Shown one piece after another: positions 37,859-47,800 of a stretch of DNA of 64,000 nucleotides. This DNA comes from Clostridia bacterium (lineage in GTDB: Bacteria > Bacillota > Clostridia > TANB77 > UBA1234). The DNA lies in assembly GCA_017469545.1 (NCBI GenBank), contig JAFUGE010000009.1:1567-65566 (forward strand), read 5' to 3'. Under the pieces are notes generated by a model that did not search any database, was not told where the DNA came from, and saw only the letters and a list, made by a program, of their open reading frames with translations. Both the position numbers and the translations under genes were made by a program. Numbering within the stretch: position 1 is the first letter of the stretch; each line of letters begins with the position of its first letter.

Positions 37859-38104
37859 TTGGTGGAACTAGCCGTAAGGCTTTCATGGAATTTAGCCTAT
37901 TGATATATGATTTTTGAGAAAAAGATGTTAAAAAATTTTTTTTGACATCTTTTTTTGTTTTGTAATGATAGCTTCCGTAAGCACTTTTGAAAGGTATATC
38001 ACGCTGAAACCGTTGGTATAAGCGAGAAAGCACTTGACAAACTTGTTAATAATAGTAAAATTTAAATAAATACGAACAAAGGAAAAAAGAGAGGGGAATG
38101 ACAA

Positions 38105-41100
38105 ATGAAAGACAAGAAAGAACTACTATTAGTTGTCGTAAATTTGGTAGTGCTCGTCGCGACGATGGGCGTTCTATTTTCTAGAACTTCCAATGTATAT
38201 GCGCGAGTAGTCAACCAACTTTGCGAAAAAGAAGGGCATATATGGACACAAGATACTCCATATTGCCAAAACACAAAAAAATGTTCGAGATGTGGTATCA
38301 GTGGTGGTGGCAAGTTGGCGCACAACCTTGGAAGTTGGCAATCTGATGCTTCTAATCACTATAAAGTTTGTTCAATGTGCAGCAACAAATTTTCAAATGG
38401 TGGACACAAGGACGACAACGGGGATGGCTATTGCGATACGTGTAAACGTGCAATGTATAGTGTAAGTTTGCCATCAACTTTAAAGCTAAAAGTTGGTGAG
38501 TCTAGAAACTTAAGTGCCACTGTGAAGCCATCAAGTGCGAACTTAATATGGAGCGGTTATAACCAATATGTATCAGGCTATAACGGATATATAAAGGCGG
38601 AACAACCTGGAACAGCACGTATCACAGCCATGGTTGACGAGGATAATTCTAAGACGGCTACTTGTGTAGTAACGGTAGAAGCAAATGAAACAGCAATCAG
38701 TTTTTCGATTAGCCCAACTGCGAAAACTCTTTATGTTGGCGATACGTTTAAAATAGTTCCTACTTTATCAAATCCTGGAAATTTGACACCTTCAGCTGAC
38801 TGGAAATCTTCGAATTCAGCAGTAGCGTCTGTTGACGCTGCAGGAAATGTGACTGCAAAAGCAAAAGGTAGCGCAACCATTACAGTCACGGTAACAGCTG
38901 GTGGAAAAGCATACCCAGCAACTTGTCAGGTAACGGTAAATGAGAAAACAATAGCGGTAACAAGTCTTACGTTGAATCCAACGAGCATGGAATTAACGGT
39001 GGGTGGTGGTTCCAAAACCATAACTCCAACTGTATTACCTGCTAATGCAACTACTAAAACGGTGCTATGGCGTAGTTCAAACACGAGTGTTGCAACGGTA
39101 TCAAATGGAACTGTAACACCAGTAGGGCCTGGAACAGCAACGATTACGGCAACTGCTGGAAATGGTATAGGAGATAATGTAAAAACTTGTAGTGTAACCG
39201 TAAAAGCGGCCGTAGTTTATGCAACAAGTATGCAATTAAGCCACAGTGATATATTAAATGTGGCAATTGGATATAAGACAACGTTAAGAGCAACACTTGT
39301 CCCAAGCAATGTAAGTAATAATACGGTAACTTGGGCAAGTAATAATACAAAAGTTGTAACGGTCAATAAAACTTCTGGTGCATTAGAAGCAGTAGGGGCA
39401 GGAACTGCAACAATTACAGCGACTTCTGGTGATGGCAAGGTAACAAGGTCAATTCCAGTGTCTGTAAAAGCAAACGAAAGCACAGTCACAACCCCAACAA
39501 CGGTAGCAGTAACAGGTGTAACAATGAGCACAAGTTCCATGAATATGACGGTTGGTCAGACAAAGAACATTGTAGCTGTAGTTGCACCAAGTAATGCTAC
39601 TAATAAGAATGTAACCTGGTCATTAAAGAGTGGAGCCGGAATTGTTTCAGTATCTAATAACGGAAGTGTAAAAGCATTAAAAGCAGGTACAGCAGAAGTG
39701 TTGGCTACAACAGTAGATGGTGGCAAAACGGCACTATGCACAGTAACTGTTAAAGAAGTAAGCACAATCTCACTTACAGTTAGCCCAAGCTCTAAGACGA
39801 TTAATGTAGGGGAAACATTTAAGATAACTCCTACTGTTATCAATCCGGATAATGTATCATTAACAAATACGAGCTGGAAATCTTCTGTTCCTGCCGTCGC
39901 AACTGTTGAAAGCAATGGAACAGTAACAGGTAAAGCAGAGGGTAAGACGACAATAACTGCTAGTTTCACAGCCAATGGACAAAACTATTCTGCCACTTGC
40001 AAAGTTACGGTCAATGCGGTTCATGTGCCAGTAGAAGGCATTAGCTTAGACCCAACAAAAATGACATTAGTAGTAGGAAAATCAGGAACAATTAAAGCAA
40101 CAATTACTCCAGCGAATGCATCGGACAAAGATGTTATTTGGGATGCGGCTAATGGAACGGGTAGTGTTAAAGTAACATCAAATGGAAAGGTGACAGCAAT
40201 TAGCGCAGGAACAGCTTATGTTGTAGCCATGGCAGATGGAGACCATAATAAAAAGGAGACTTGCGTTATCACTGTCGTAGAGCCGAAAGTGACAGAGTAT
40301 AGTGATTCTGTTGAGATAGCTCAAGGCAAAACATACGATTTAAAAGAAATTTTAAATAAGTATGCAGCAAATGCAAAGAGCCCGAAATATACATTAAATG
40401 GTACTAGAAATATTATCGGCTTATCTGGCTCAAAAGCAAAAGGTGAGAATGTTGGTAGTACAGAAGTAAAAATTGAGGCAGAACAAAGTGACGGTAGTCA
40501 AGTAATTATTTACGTTAAAATTAATATTACAAGTGCAGCACCAAATGCAGGCACATCGACTCCTGCACAACCTACTAAATGTACTACTAAGAGCCACGAA
40601 AGTAGATGGACAAAAGAGTATACGAATATTAAAGAAACAACGCATGACATCATTTATACTTGTCCGGTTTGCAAGCTTACATGGAGAGAGGCTGGCATTG
40701 CACATGCATTTGATAAAAATGGTGTGTGTGACTGCGGTTATAAGCAGGACGGTGGAAAGGTTGCATTAACTTCACTAAAATTTAAGAAGAGTAGCTATAC
40801 ATACAAAGTAGGAGAGGAAGAAAAGCTATTTAATCTATTAACGATTAAGCCAACCAATGCAGGCATGACGTTAAAATACGAGTATGAGTATGTAAATCCA
40901 GCTGATAAGGTTGCATCTATAACATTGGGAACATATGATGGCAAGATTAAATTCATGGACGAGGATACGATTGTAGTAACAGCTACAGATCTAAATACAG
41001 GCTTAAATACAGAAACGACGATTACCATCAAAGCAAACAAAAATGCAGAGCTTGCAAAACCTACGATTAATGTAGATGGCTTCGTTGATATTAGTAAAGA

Positions 41101-41635
41101 CGATTGGTATTATGAACATATTAAGAGTAGCGTAGAAGAGGGTATCTTTAATGGAACGTCAGCTACTACTTTCTCTCCAAATGAAAGTATTACGAGAGGC
41201 ATGTTCGTAACAGCACTTGCAAGATTTTCGGGTGACAGTACTTCTAACTATGCAAATGTATTTACAGATGTACCAAGAGATGCCTATTACACAGACGCTA
41301 TTTGTTGGGCAGCTGCAAGAGGAATTATTAATGGCGTTGGCGATGGATTATTTGCCCCAGAAGAAACCATTACAAGAGAAGAAATGGCGGTTGTTGTAAA
41401 CAACTACATTAAGAATGAACAAAAAGGATTATTGAATGGTGTACAAATCGATAATACAAACTTTAATGATCAAGGCAGAATTGCTTCTTGGTCAGCAGAT
41501 GGCATAAGAAATCTTAAGTCTCTAAAGATTGTACAAGGCGACGAGTATGGCAATTACAATCCGCAAAGCAACGTAACAAGAGCCGAAGCAGTAACCATCT
41601 TAAATAGATTGTCTGGAATGGTGAAAGCAAAATAA
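38105..41635 (+). CDS. Large surface protein: Cys-rich modules, about 9 Ig-like (Big_2) domains, C-terminal SLH triplet
   Basis: Signal anchor; repeated 'W.SSN..VA.V...G.VTA...G.A.ITA' Big_2 signature; C-terminal 'F.D...D.WY', 'FTDVPRDAYYTDAICWAA'. Confidence 0.88.
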   Translation: MKDKKELLLVVVNLVVLVATMGVLFSRTSNVYARVVNQLCEKEGHIWTQDTPYCQNTKKCSRCGISGGGKLAHNLGSWQSDASNHYKVCSMCSNKFSNGGHKDDNGDGYCDTCKRAMYSVSLPSTLKLKVGESRNLSATVKPSSANLIWSGYNQYVSGYNGYIKAEQPGTARITAMVDEDNSKTATCVVTVEANETAISFSISPTAKTLYVGDTFKIVPTLSNPGNLTPSADWKSSNSAVASVDAAGNVTAKAKGSATITVTVTAGGKAYPATCQVTVNEKTIAVTSLTLNPTSMELTVGGGSKTITPTVLPANATTKTVLWRSSNTSVATVSNGTVTPVGPGTATITATAGNGIGDNVKTCSVTVKAAVVYATSMQLSHSDILNVAIGYKTTLRATLVPSNVSNNTVTWASNNTKVVTVNKTSGALEAVGAGTATITATSGDGKVTRSIPVSVKANESTVTTPTTVAVTGVTMSTSSMNMTVGQTKNIVAVVAPSNATNKNVTWSLKSGAGIVSVSNNGSVKALKAGTAEVLATTVDGGKTALCTVTVKEVSTISLTVSPSSKTINVGETFKITPTVINPDNVSLTNTSWKSSVPAVATVESNGTVTGKAEGKTTITASFTANGQNYSATCKVTVNAVHVPVEGISLDPTKMTLVVGKSGTIKATITPANASDKDVIWDAANGTGSVKVTSNGKVTAISAGTAYVVAMADGDHNKKETCVITVVEPKVTEYSDSVEIAQGKTYDLKEILNKYAANAKSPKYTLNGTRNIIGLSGSKAKGENVGSTEVKIEAEQSDGSQVIIYVKINITSAAPNAGTSTPAQPTKCTTKSHESRWTKEYTNIKETTHDIIYTCPVCKLTWREAGIAHAFDKNGVCDCGYKQDGGKVALTSLKFKKSSYTYKVGEEEKLFNLLTIKPTNAGMTLKYEYEYVNPADKVASITLGTYDGKIKFMDEDTIVVTATDLNTGLNTETTITIKANKNAELAKPTINVDGFVDISKDDWYYEHIKSSVEEGIFNGTSATTFSPNESITRGMFVTALARFSGDSTSNYANVFTDVPRDAYYTDAICWAAARGIINGVGDGLFAPEETITREEMAVVVNNYIKNEQKGLLNGVQIDNTNFNDQGRIASWSADGIRNLKSLKIVQGDEYGNYNPQSNVTRAEAVTILNRLSGMVKAK

Positions 41636-41646
41636 ATGAGGATATG

Positions 41647-41681
41647 AAAAAGAGATGCACTTTAAAGTGCATCTCTTTTTT
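41647..41681. terminator. Bidirectional terminator
   Basis: AAAGAGATGCACTTT/AAAGTGCATCTCTTT flanked by A- and T-runs. Confidence 0.8.
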
Positions 41682-41690
41682 GGCAGTGTA

Positions 41691-42749
41691 TTATAAAGTA
41701 GCTGTAACAAATTTCGAACTAATCTCGCTTTCTATGTAGTCTTTATTGTTACGAAAAGCTATCAAAAAGGCGTCTACTAGGTCTGGGTCGAATTGAGTAC
41801 CCTTTCCGTTTTCTAATTCGTCTAATGCCTTTTCTAGTGTGAATCTAGGCCTATAACTTCTGTCTGATGTCATTGCATCGAAGGAGTCAGCCACTGTCAC
41901 AATTCTAGCTAAAAGTGGAATGTCTTCTCCTTTTAGGCCAGAAGGGTAGCCTCTGCCGTCGTATCTTTCGTGATGGTGTTTGACGATTGGAATAATAGGG
42001 TCAAATATTTTGGCCGGGGCAATGATTTTGGCGCCGATGGATGGATGGTTTTTAATGTCGTCATATTCGTCGTCAGTAAGCTTTCCTGGCTTTTGTAAAA
42101 TTGCGTCTGGAATACCAATCTTTCCAATATCGTGGAATAGCGCGCCATCATACAACGTTTGCATTTCGTCTTCCGGAAGTCCAATTTGCTCTCCGATTAA
42201 TTTTGAGTAAAGTGCCACACGGTCGGAATGATTTTTCGTGTAGCTGTCTTTCGCATCAACGGCAAGTCGTAGTGATTCTACTGTGCCACGATACGCATTT
42301 TTTAAATCAGAATAAGCCGTTTCTAGTTTTTGATTGATGTCGTTAATAATTCTCATTTGCGAAACAGACTTTAGTCCCGATTCTACTAGCAAAATCATTT
42401 GATCAAAGTTGCTTGATTTTTCGCAGTATCCTTGGATGTCTAGACGCTTAATGGTTTCTAGTGGAGGCGCTAAGTCCTTGTGGCCAGTTAGTAACAAAAT
42501 GTAAAGACTGCTATTGAATTTTCGAATTTCTTCTACGACTTGGTCGCCGTGTAGCGGCGTCATTAAGAAGTCTAGTAGTAGCAAATCGAAATGCTCTGTT
42601 TTTAACACTTCTAACGCTTCCATTGGATTGGTGTATCCGACGAAATCATATTTATTTAAGTATAGCCCAAGTGAGGCTATAATGTCTGGCTCGTCGTCGA
42701 TAGCCATAATTTTAAAATCTTCTTTTTTGACAGTATCTTTTAATCTCAA
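41691..42749 (-). CDS. Response regulator with HD-GYP output domain
   Basis: Receiver 'MAIDDEPD...LLLLDFLMP'; 'HHERYDGRGYP' HD-GYP signature. Confidence 0.9.
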   Translation of the reverse strand: MRLKDTVKKEDFKIMAIDDEPDIIASLGLYLNKYDFVGYTNPMEALEVLKTEHFDLLLLDFLMTPLHGDQVVEEIRKFNSSLYILLLTGHKDLAPPLETIKRLDIQGYCEKSSNFDQMILLVESGLKSVSQMRIINDINQKLETAYSDLKNAYRGTVESLRLAVDAKDSYTKNHSDRVALYSKLIGEQIGLPEDEMQTLYDGALFHDIGKIGIPDAILQKPGKLTDDEYDDIKNHPSIGAKIIAPAKIFDPIIPIVKHHHERYDGRGYPSGLKGEDIPLLARIVTVADSFDAMTSDRSYRPRFTLEKALDELENGKGTQFDPDLVDAFLIAFRNNKDYIESEISSKFVTATL

Positions 42750-42761
42750 AAAATCGCCTCC

Positions 42762-44759
42762 TTAAATTTTTGGTAGGGGAATGGTAACCGTGAAGGTGGT
42801 TCCTTTTCCTACTTCTGATACAAAGTGAATGTCGCCGTTAAACTTACCCTTGATGGTTGAGTACGACATATAAAGTCCAAGGCCCGTGCCGTTTTTCCCT
42901 TTTGTCGTGTACATTTCTTTGAATAATTTTTCTTTGACTTCTTTGCTCATTCCGCAGCCTTTGTCAGCTACTTCAAAGTAGATATTTTTTTCGTCTGCAC
43001 GAATTGTAAAATCAATTTCTTGATTTGGTTTTCCTTCATAAGCTTGGATTGAGTTGGTAATTAAGTTATTGATAACTTGAATCAAGTTATTGATATCGCC
43101 TTGTAGTTTAAGAGTAGGGCTACATTCCAAATTCGTATTTAGCTGTACCAATGCTCTTTTTAACTCATGCTTCATTAAAATATCAACACGTTTTGATAAA
43201 TCATAGACGGTAAATGTTTCGTTGTCGGAAGTGCTAAGCTGCGCCGCCTGGCCCTTTACTGTCGTGATAATGTCTGACATATATGAGGTATGTGTTTTTA
43301 CTTTTTGAATCCATTCTAACATATCTTTTGCAATTTCTTTATGGTCTTCTTTGGTGACGATTGGATTGTCAATCGAAGCAACATATTCTGCTACCAATTC
43401 TGTTAGACCTTCTGCCGCGCCTGCAATGGACATGATTGGCGTTTTTAAGTTGTGGGCAATACCACCAATCATTTGTCCTAGAGAGGCTAAGCGCTCTCTT
43501 TCGATTAGCATGTTTTGGCCGTTTTGAATTTCTTCAATGTATGATTTTGTTAGGTCTTGCACTTCGTTAAAAGAAACTACTAGGTCTCCAATTTCGTCGT
43601 TTGACGTGATTGGCAAGTTGTCGTTGTAACTTACTTTTTCTACGATATGTTTCATTCCATTTGATACGGCTTGTACTTCGTCAGCAAGCGAATGAGAAGA
43701 AACAAATAGCGTGATTAAGTTTAAGATAAATAGAAAGATAATGCCAGCGCCAAGTGCGAGTAGAGCAGGGTAGGAGGTTAAGTCATATTGAATGCCAACG
43801 ATATAGTTTTCACCGCCTACGGTTACTTGAATCATTGCGCCTCTGATATCAAATCCATAGTAGTCGTAAATCATTGAATTATCTTTTTTAGAAAATTCGT
43901 TTAGATATTTATTCCAGAAGTCGCTAAATTCTATTTGTTCTCCTTGAATGTTATGATATGTGCCGTCTGGATAAAGGACGAATGGCAAATCTTCACTCGA
44001 AGATAGCTCAATGTTTTGCAATTTTTCATATAATTCGTCTGTTGAGGTAAGAGCAGTGGTGCCAAATGTTTCGTTTAATTTTGTTTTGTACAAATCAAAT
44101 GCAATTGGTGCTTCTGCATTAATTAGTGCAGAATATCCGATTAATGAAGTAAGCATTAGAGCAATAACAATAAGAGGCGTGATTTGATAGTACATTCTAG
44201 TTGTTAAACTTGATTTCTTTTCAAAGTTGGAAAGAGGAACATTTATTTTTGCAAGTAGTTTTGCGAATTCTCTTCTTACGAATACAGTGGAGAATGTCGA
44301 TATCACTGTAATGAAAGAAGCGTAAAGGATAAATACCTTTAATGTAGTAATTCCGAAAAATCCAGTTGTAAAGGCATATAGTGCTGGTACCATCAAACTT
44401 GGTAGTAATGTTTGTAGCATATATAATTCGTCAGGAACCTTGAATAATTTTTTTCGTATTTTTACCAAAGCATCTATGTCGTTTGTTTCTAGAGCGATAT
44501 CGAAATGGTTTAAAAACGATAGCTTCCAGAAAACAAGAATTGCATAGATTAGGAATATCGCGGATGTAATTTCAATGAATTGCATCGTGTAGTTTGCATG
44601 TTCTAGTTCCCACTGAAAGTCGTTTCCATAGGTGCCCTCTGGGTAGTTTAGCATTTTAGGCATAAGCGGATAAAATACGGATAAAACCAGAAGCACCATA
44701 ATGATAAATACAAACAATACTTTGAATTGTAATTTGTGTTTCTTGAAAAAGTTTTTCAT
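42762..44759 (-). CDS. Sensor histidine kinase (multi-TM sensor, HAMP-like linker)
   Basis: H-box 'IAHNLKTPI', N-box 'NLITNSIQA', G-box 'DKGCGM', 'GTGLGLY'. Confidence 0.9.
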   Translation of the reverse strand: MKNFFKKHKLQFKVLFVFIIMVLLVLSVFYPLMPKMLNYPEGTYGNDFQWELEHANYTMQFIEITSAIFLIYAILVFWKLSFLNHFDIALETNDIDALVKIRKKLFKVPDELYMLQTLLPSLMVPALYAFTTGFFGITTLKVFILYASFITVISTFSTVFVRREFAKLLAKINVPLSNFEKKSSLTTRMYYQITPLIVIALMLTSLIGYSALINAEAPIAFDLYKTKLNETFGTTALTSTDELYEKLQNIELSSSEDLPFVLYPDGTYHNIQGEQIEFSDFWNKYLNEFSKKDNSMIYDYYGFDIRGAMIQVTVGGENYIVGIQYDLTSYPALLALGAGIIFLFILNLITLFVSSHSLADEVQAVSNGMKHIVEKVSYNDNLPITSNDEIGDLVVSFNEVQDLTKSYIEEIQNGQNMLIERERLASLGQMIGGIAHNLKTPIMSIAGAAEGLTELVAEYVASIDNPIVTKEDHKEIAKDMLEWIQKVKTHTSYMSDIITTVKGQAAQLSTSDNETFTVYDLSKRVDILMKHELKRALVQLNTNLECSPTLKLQGDINNLIQVINNLITNSIQAYEGKPNQEIDFTIRADEKNIYFEVADKGCGMSKEVKEKLFKEMYTTKGKNGTGLGLYMSYSTIKGKFNGDIHFVSEVGKGTTFTVTIPLPKI

Positions 44760-44839
44760 TTGTTACCTCCATTTTCCTATTGGGGGACTGTCCTAAGTAA
44801 GCCTATTTGGCGTATTTGGGACAGGTCCGAAGGATTTTG

Positions 44840-47800
44840 TTATTGCAAAATAATTTGTATTGATTTGTTAATGTAGTCAAATGTAATTTCAGGCCAATGG
44901 AAATTTAGTTTTGCTAAATATTCATTCGTGATGTGATTACTTAAAATGACAGACGGCATAAAGGATAGACCACGTTTGCTGTCTAAGTCATTGACGATTG
45001 CTTTTAAGGTGTCTTTTGAATGATCGTCCTTCGAAAGTTCAACTACTTTTTGATTAAATTCTTCGGAAGATAATTCTAAAACATCGATATTTGCATTCTT
45101 AAGCATTCCAAGTAAATTTTTCATTGATAAGAAGTTTTCGTTATATACGTGGAACACTTTGTGATTGTTTTCTTTTAATTTCGCAAGGAGTACTACTACC
45201 TTCGCACATAAATCTACTGGCGTAAATTCTAGCTCTTGCGAAGTCATGCTGGCAGGAATTACTTTATTTAGCACCATAAATTTTAGGATGTTATAAAAAG
45301 CATTTTCGTCTTTGTTTTGTTGAAATTTTCCGTCACTCATACGTGCTGTCAAGTTTCCCACTCTTAATATCGTATAGTTTAATCCTTTTTCTTTGCTTTC
45401 ATAAATGAATTTTTCTGCTTCGAATTTCGAACGAATATAGACATTTTCATTGTAGTTTTGTCCAATGTAAAAATCATTTTCTGTAAATCCCCTGTTAGGC
45501 ATTGCATGGGATACCAAGTAGTTGCCGGATACTCCTGTGGTAGAAATTTGATTGAAATGAATATCAAACTTCAAGCAGAAATCCACTAGATTTTTTACTG
45601 CTGTTACATTGATTAATTCGTGCTTGTGATAATCGCCATAATATTTTACGTTGGCAGCACAGTTGATTACGGCGCTTACCCTTTGGGATAGGGCAGATAA
45701 TTCGTTATCTGGTAGTCCAAAATTTTCTTTTACTAAATCACATTTTACAATATGGACTCTGTTTTCGTCCATTGCTTTTCCTTGAAAATAATAATTCCAC
45801 GTGTTATGCAGTCTTTCGACCACATCGACATTTTGTTTTTCTCTAATGGCACAATAGATGTCGCAATCGGTAGAAATCAAAAGTTCATTTAAAATGTGAA
45901 TTCCCAAATATCCCGTCACTCCTGTTAAGAAGTATCCTTTTTCCGTTTTGCTGCCTAAGTCCAAATTTCCGTCGTGTTTGGCAAGCAAGTCGTTGATATT
46001 GTACAAGGATTTGTCTTCTAAAGTAGCGGAATTACTTACTTCTTTTTTGCTTTCAGCAAATTGCGCAAATAGTTTGACGGTGCGCAATTGATAAAAGTCT
46101 TGCGTTTTAAATTTTAATCCATAAGGAATAAGCAAAGTCTGTATCTGTATGATGGAAAGCGAATCGGCAGAGTAGTTAAAGATATCGTCGTTTACTCCCA
46201 GCTTTTTCACTTTTAAAACTTTCTCAATCACTTCGCATAATATTTTTTCCATTTCTGTCGTAGGTGCGACATATTCTTCTTCCGATACGAAAGTCGTTTT
46301 TGGTTCTGGCAAAGCTTTGCGATTAATCTTATGATTTGGCGTAAGTGGAAAAGCATCCATTTTCACATAACTTGACGGAACCATATAGTTTGGAAGTCTT
46401 GATACTAAATATTTGTGTAAATCGCTTACTGAAATTTCTTTCTCAGAAATGTAGTAAGCACATAAATATTTTTTCCCTTCGCTATTTTCTTTATCACTTA
46501 CGACGGCTTTCGTAATACCAGGATAGTTTGCGATATGCGACTCGATATCTCCTAGTTCAATTCGATATCCTCTGATTTTGATTTGGTTATCGGTTCTACC
46601 AAGACAGATTAGCTCGCCATTTGGTAGCCATTTGGCTAAGTCGCCAGTGTTATAAATGATTTCACTTTCGTTATATGGATTTTTGATAAATTTTTCATTT
46701 GTTAAATTCTCGTTTCGATAGTAACCTTTGGCAACGCCAAGTCCACCAATATAAAGCTCTCCACTAGCATCAAGTGGCAATAACTTTTTATTTTTATCTA
46801 GTATATAAATGGTAGTGTTTTCAATTGGCTTTCCAATCGTAATTTCTTTTTCATTGGTTAATTCTTTAAAAGTAGAATATACCGTTGTTTCGGTTGGCCC
46901 ATACAAATTAAAAACTCTAGCATCTGTTAGCTTTGGAAGTTCGGTTAAAAAGCTAGCAGGGAATGGCTCGCCGCCTAAAATGATTTCTTTTAAAATGTGC
47001 AAGCAATTTAAGTATTGTGAATCTAAGAAAAGTAGTTGAATGCGAGAAGGCGTCGTTAGTATTTTGCAAATCTTTTCTTTTTCGATTAGTCCACTAAGCA
47101 ATACAGGACTCTTTTGTTCGTCTTCGTTTGCCATCACTAAATGTAGTCCAAATAGAAGAGTAGGGAACACTTCAAAAACAAAGATATCAAAACACATCGT
47201 GGTGACAGATAAAACTTTGTTATCAGAAGAAGTAGTATAATCTAATCTTCTTTTCATACTTTCGGCAAAGTTAATGACGGAATAATTTCTAATCATGACT
47301 GCTTTTGGTGTGCCCGTCGTTCCTGAGGTATACATGATGTAGGCAAGAGAGTCTGGTAAGCGATTAATTTTTATATTTTCTGTCTCTTTCTTTTTATCTA
47401 ACGTAATTTGCTCTAAAAGAACAATGTTAGCATCATTGACAATTTTATCTTGCAATTTTTCTGTGGTAATGATGGCGCTTGCTTTGCTATTGTCAATCAT
47501 AAATTCTACTCGGCTCTCAGGGTATTCCGGCTCGATTGGTAGATAGGTTGCGCCCAATTTTAATATTGCTAAAATCGAAATAATAATTTCCGGAGACCTA
47601 GGAAGTAATATTCCTACGATGTCGTTTTGTGCTACTCCATTTCTTGATAGTTCGGCGGCTAACTGATTGGCACACGTATTTAATTCTTGATAGGTGTAAT
47701 GTTTGTCGCCAAATGTCAAAGCCATTACGTCGGGATGCTCTAGCACGCCTTTTTCAAATTCAGAAATGATGGTGGCATTCTTGTTGTAGATATGTTCTGT

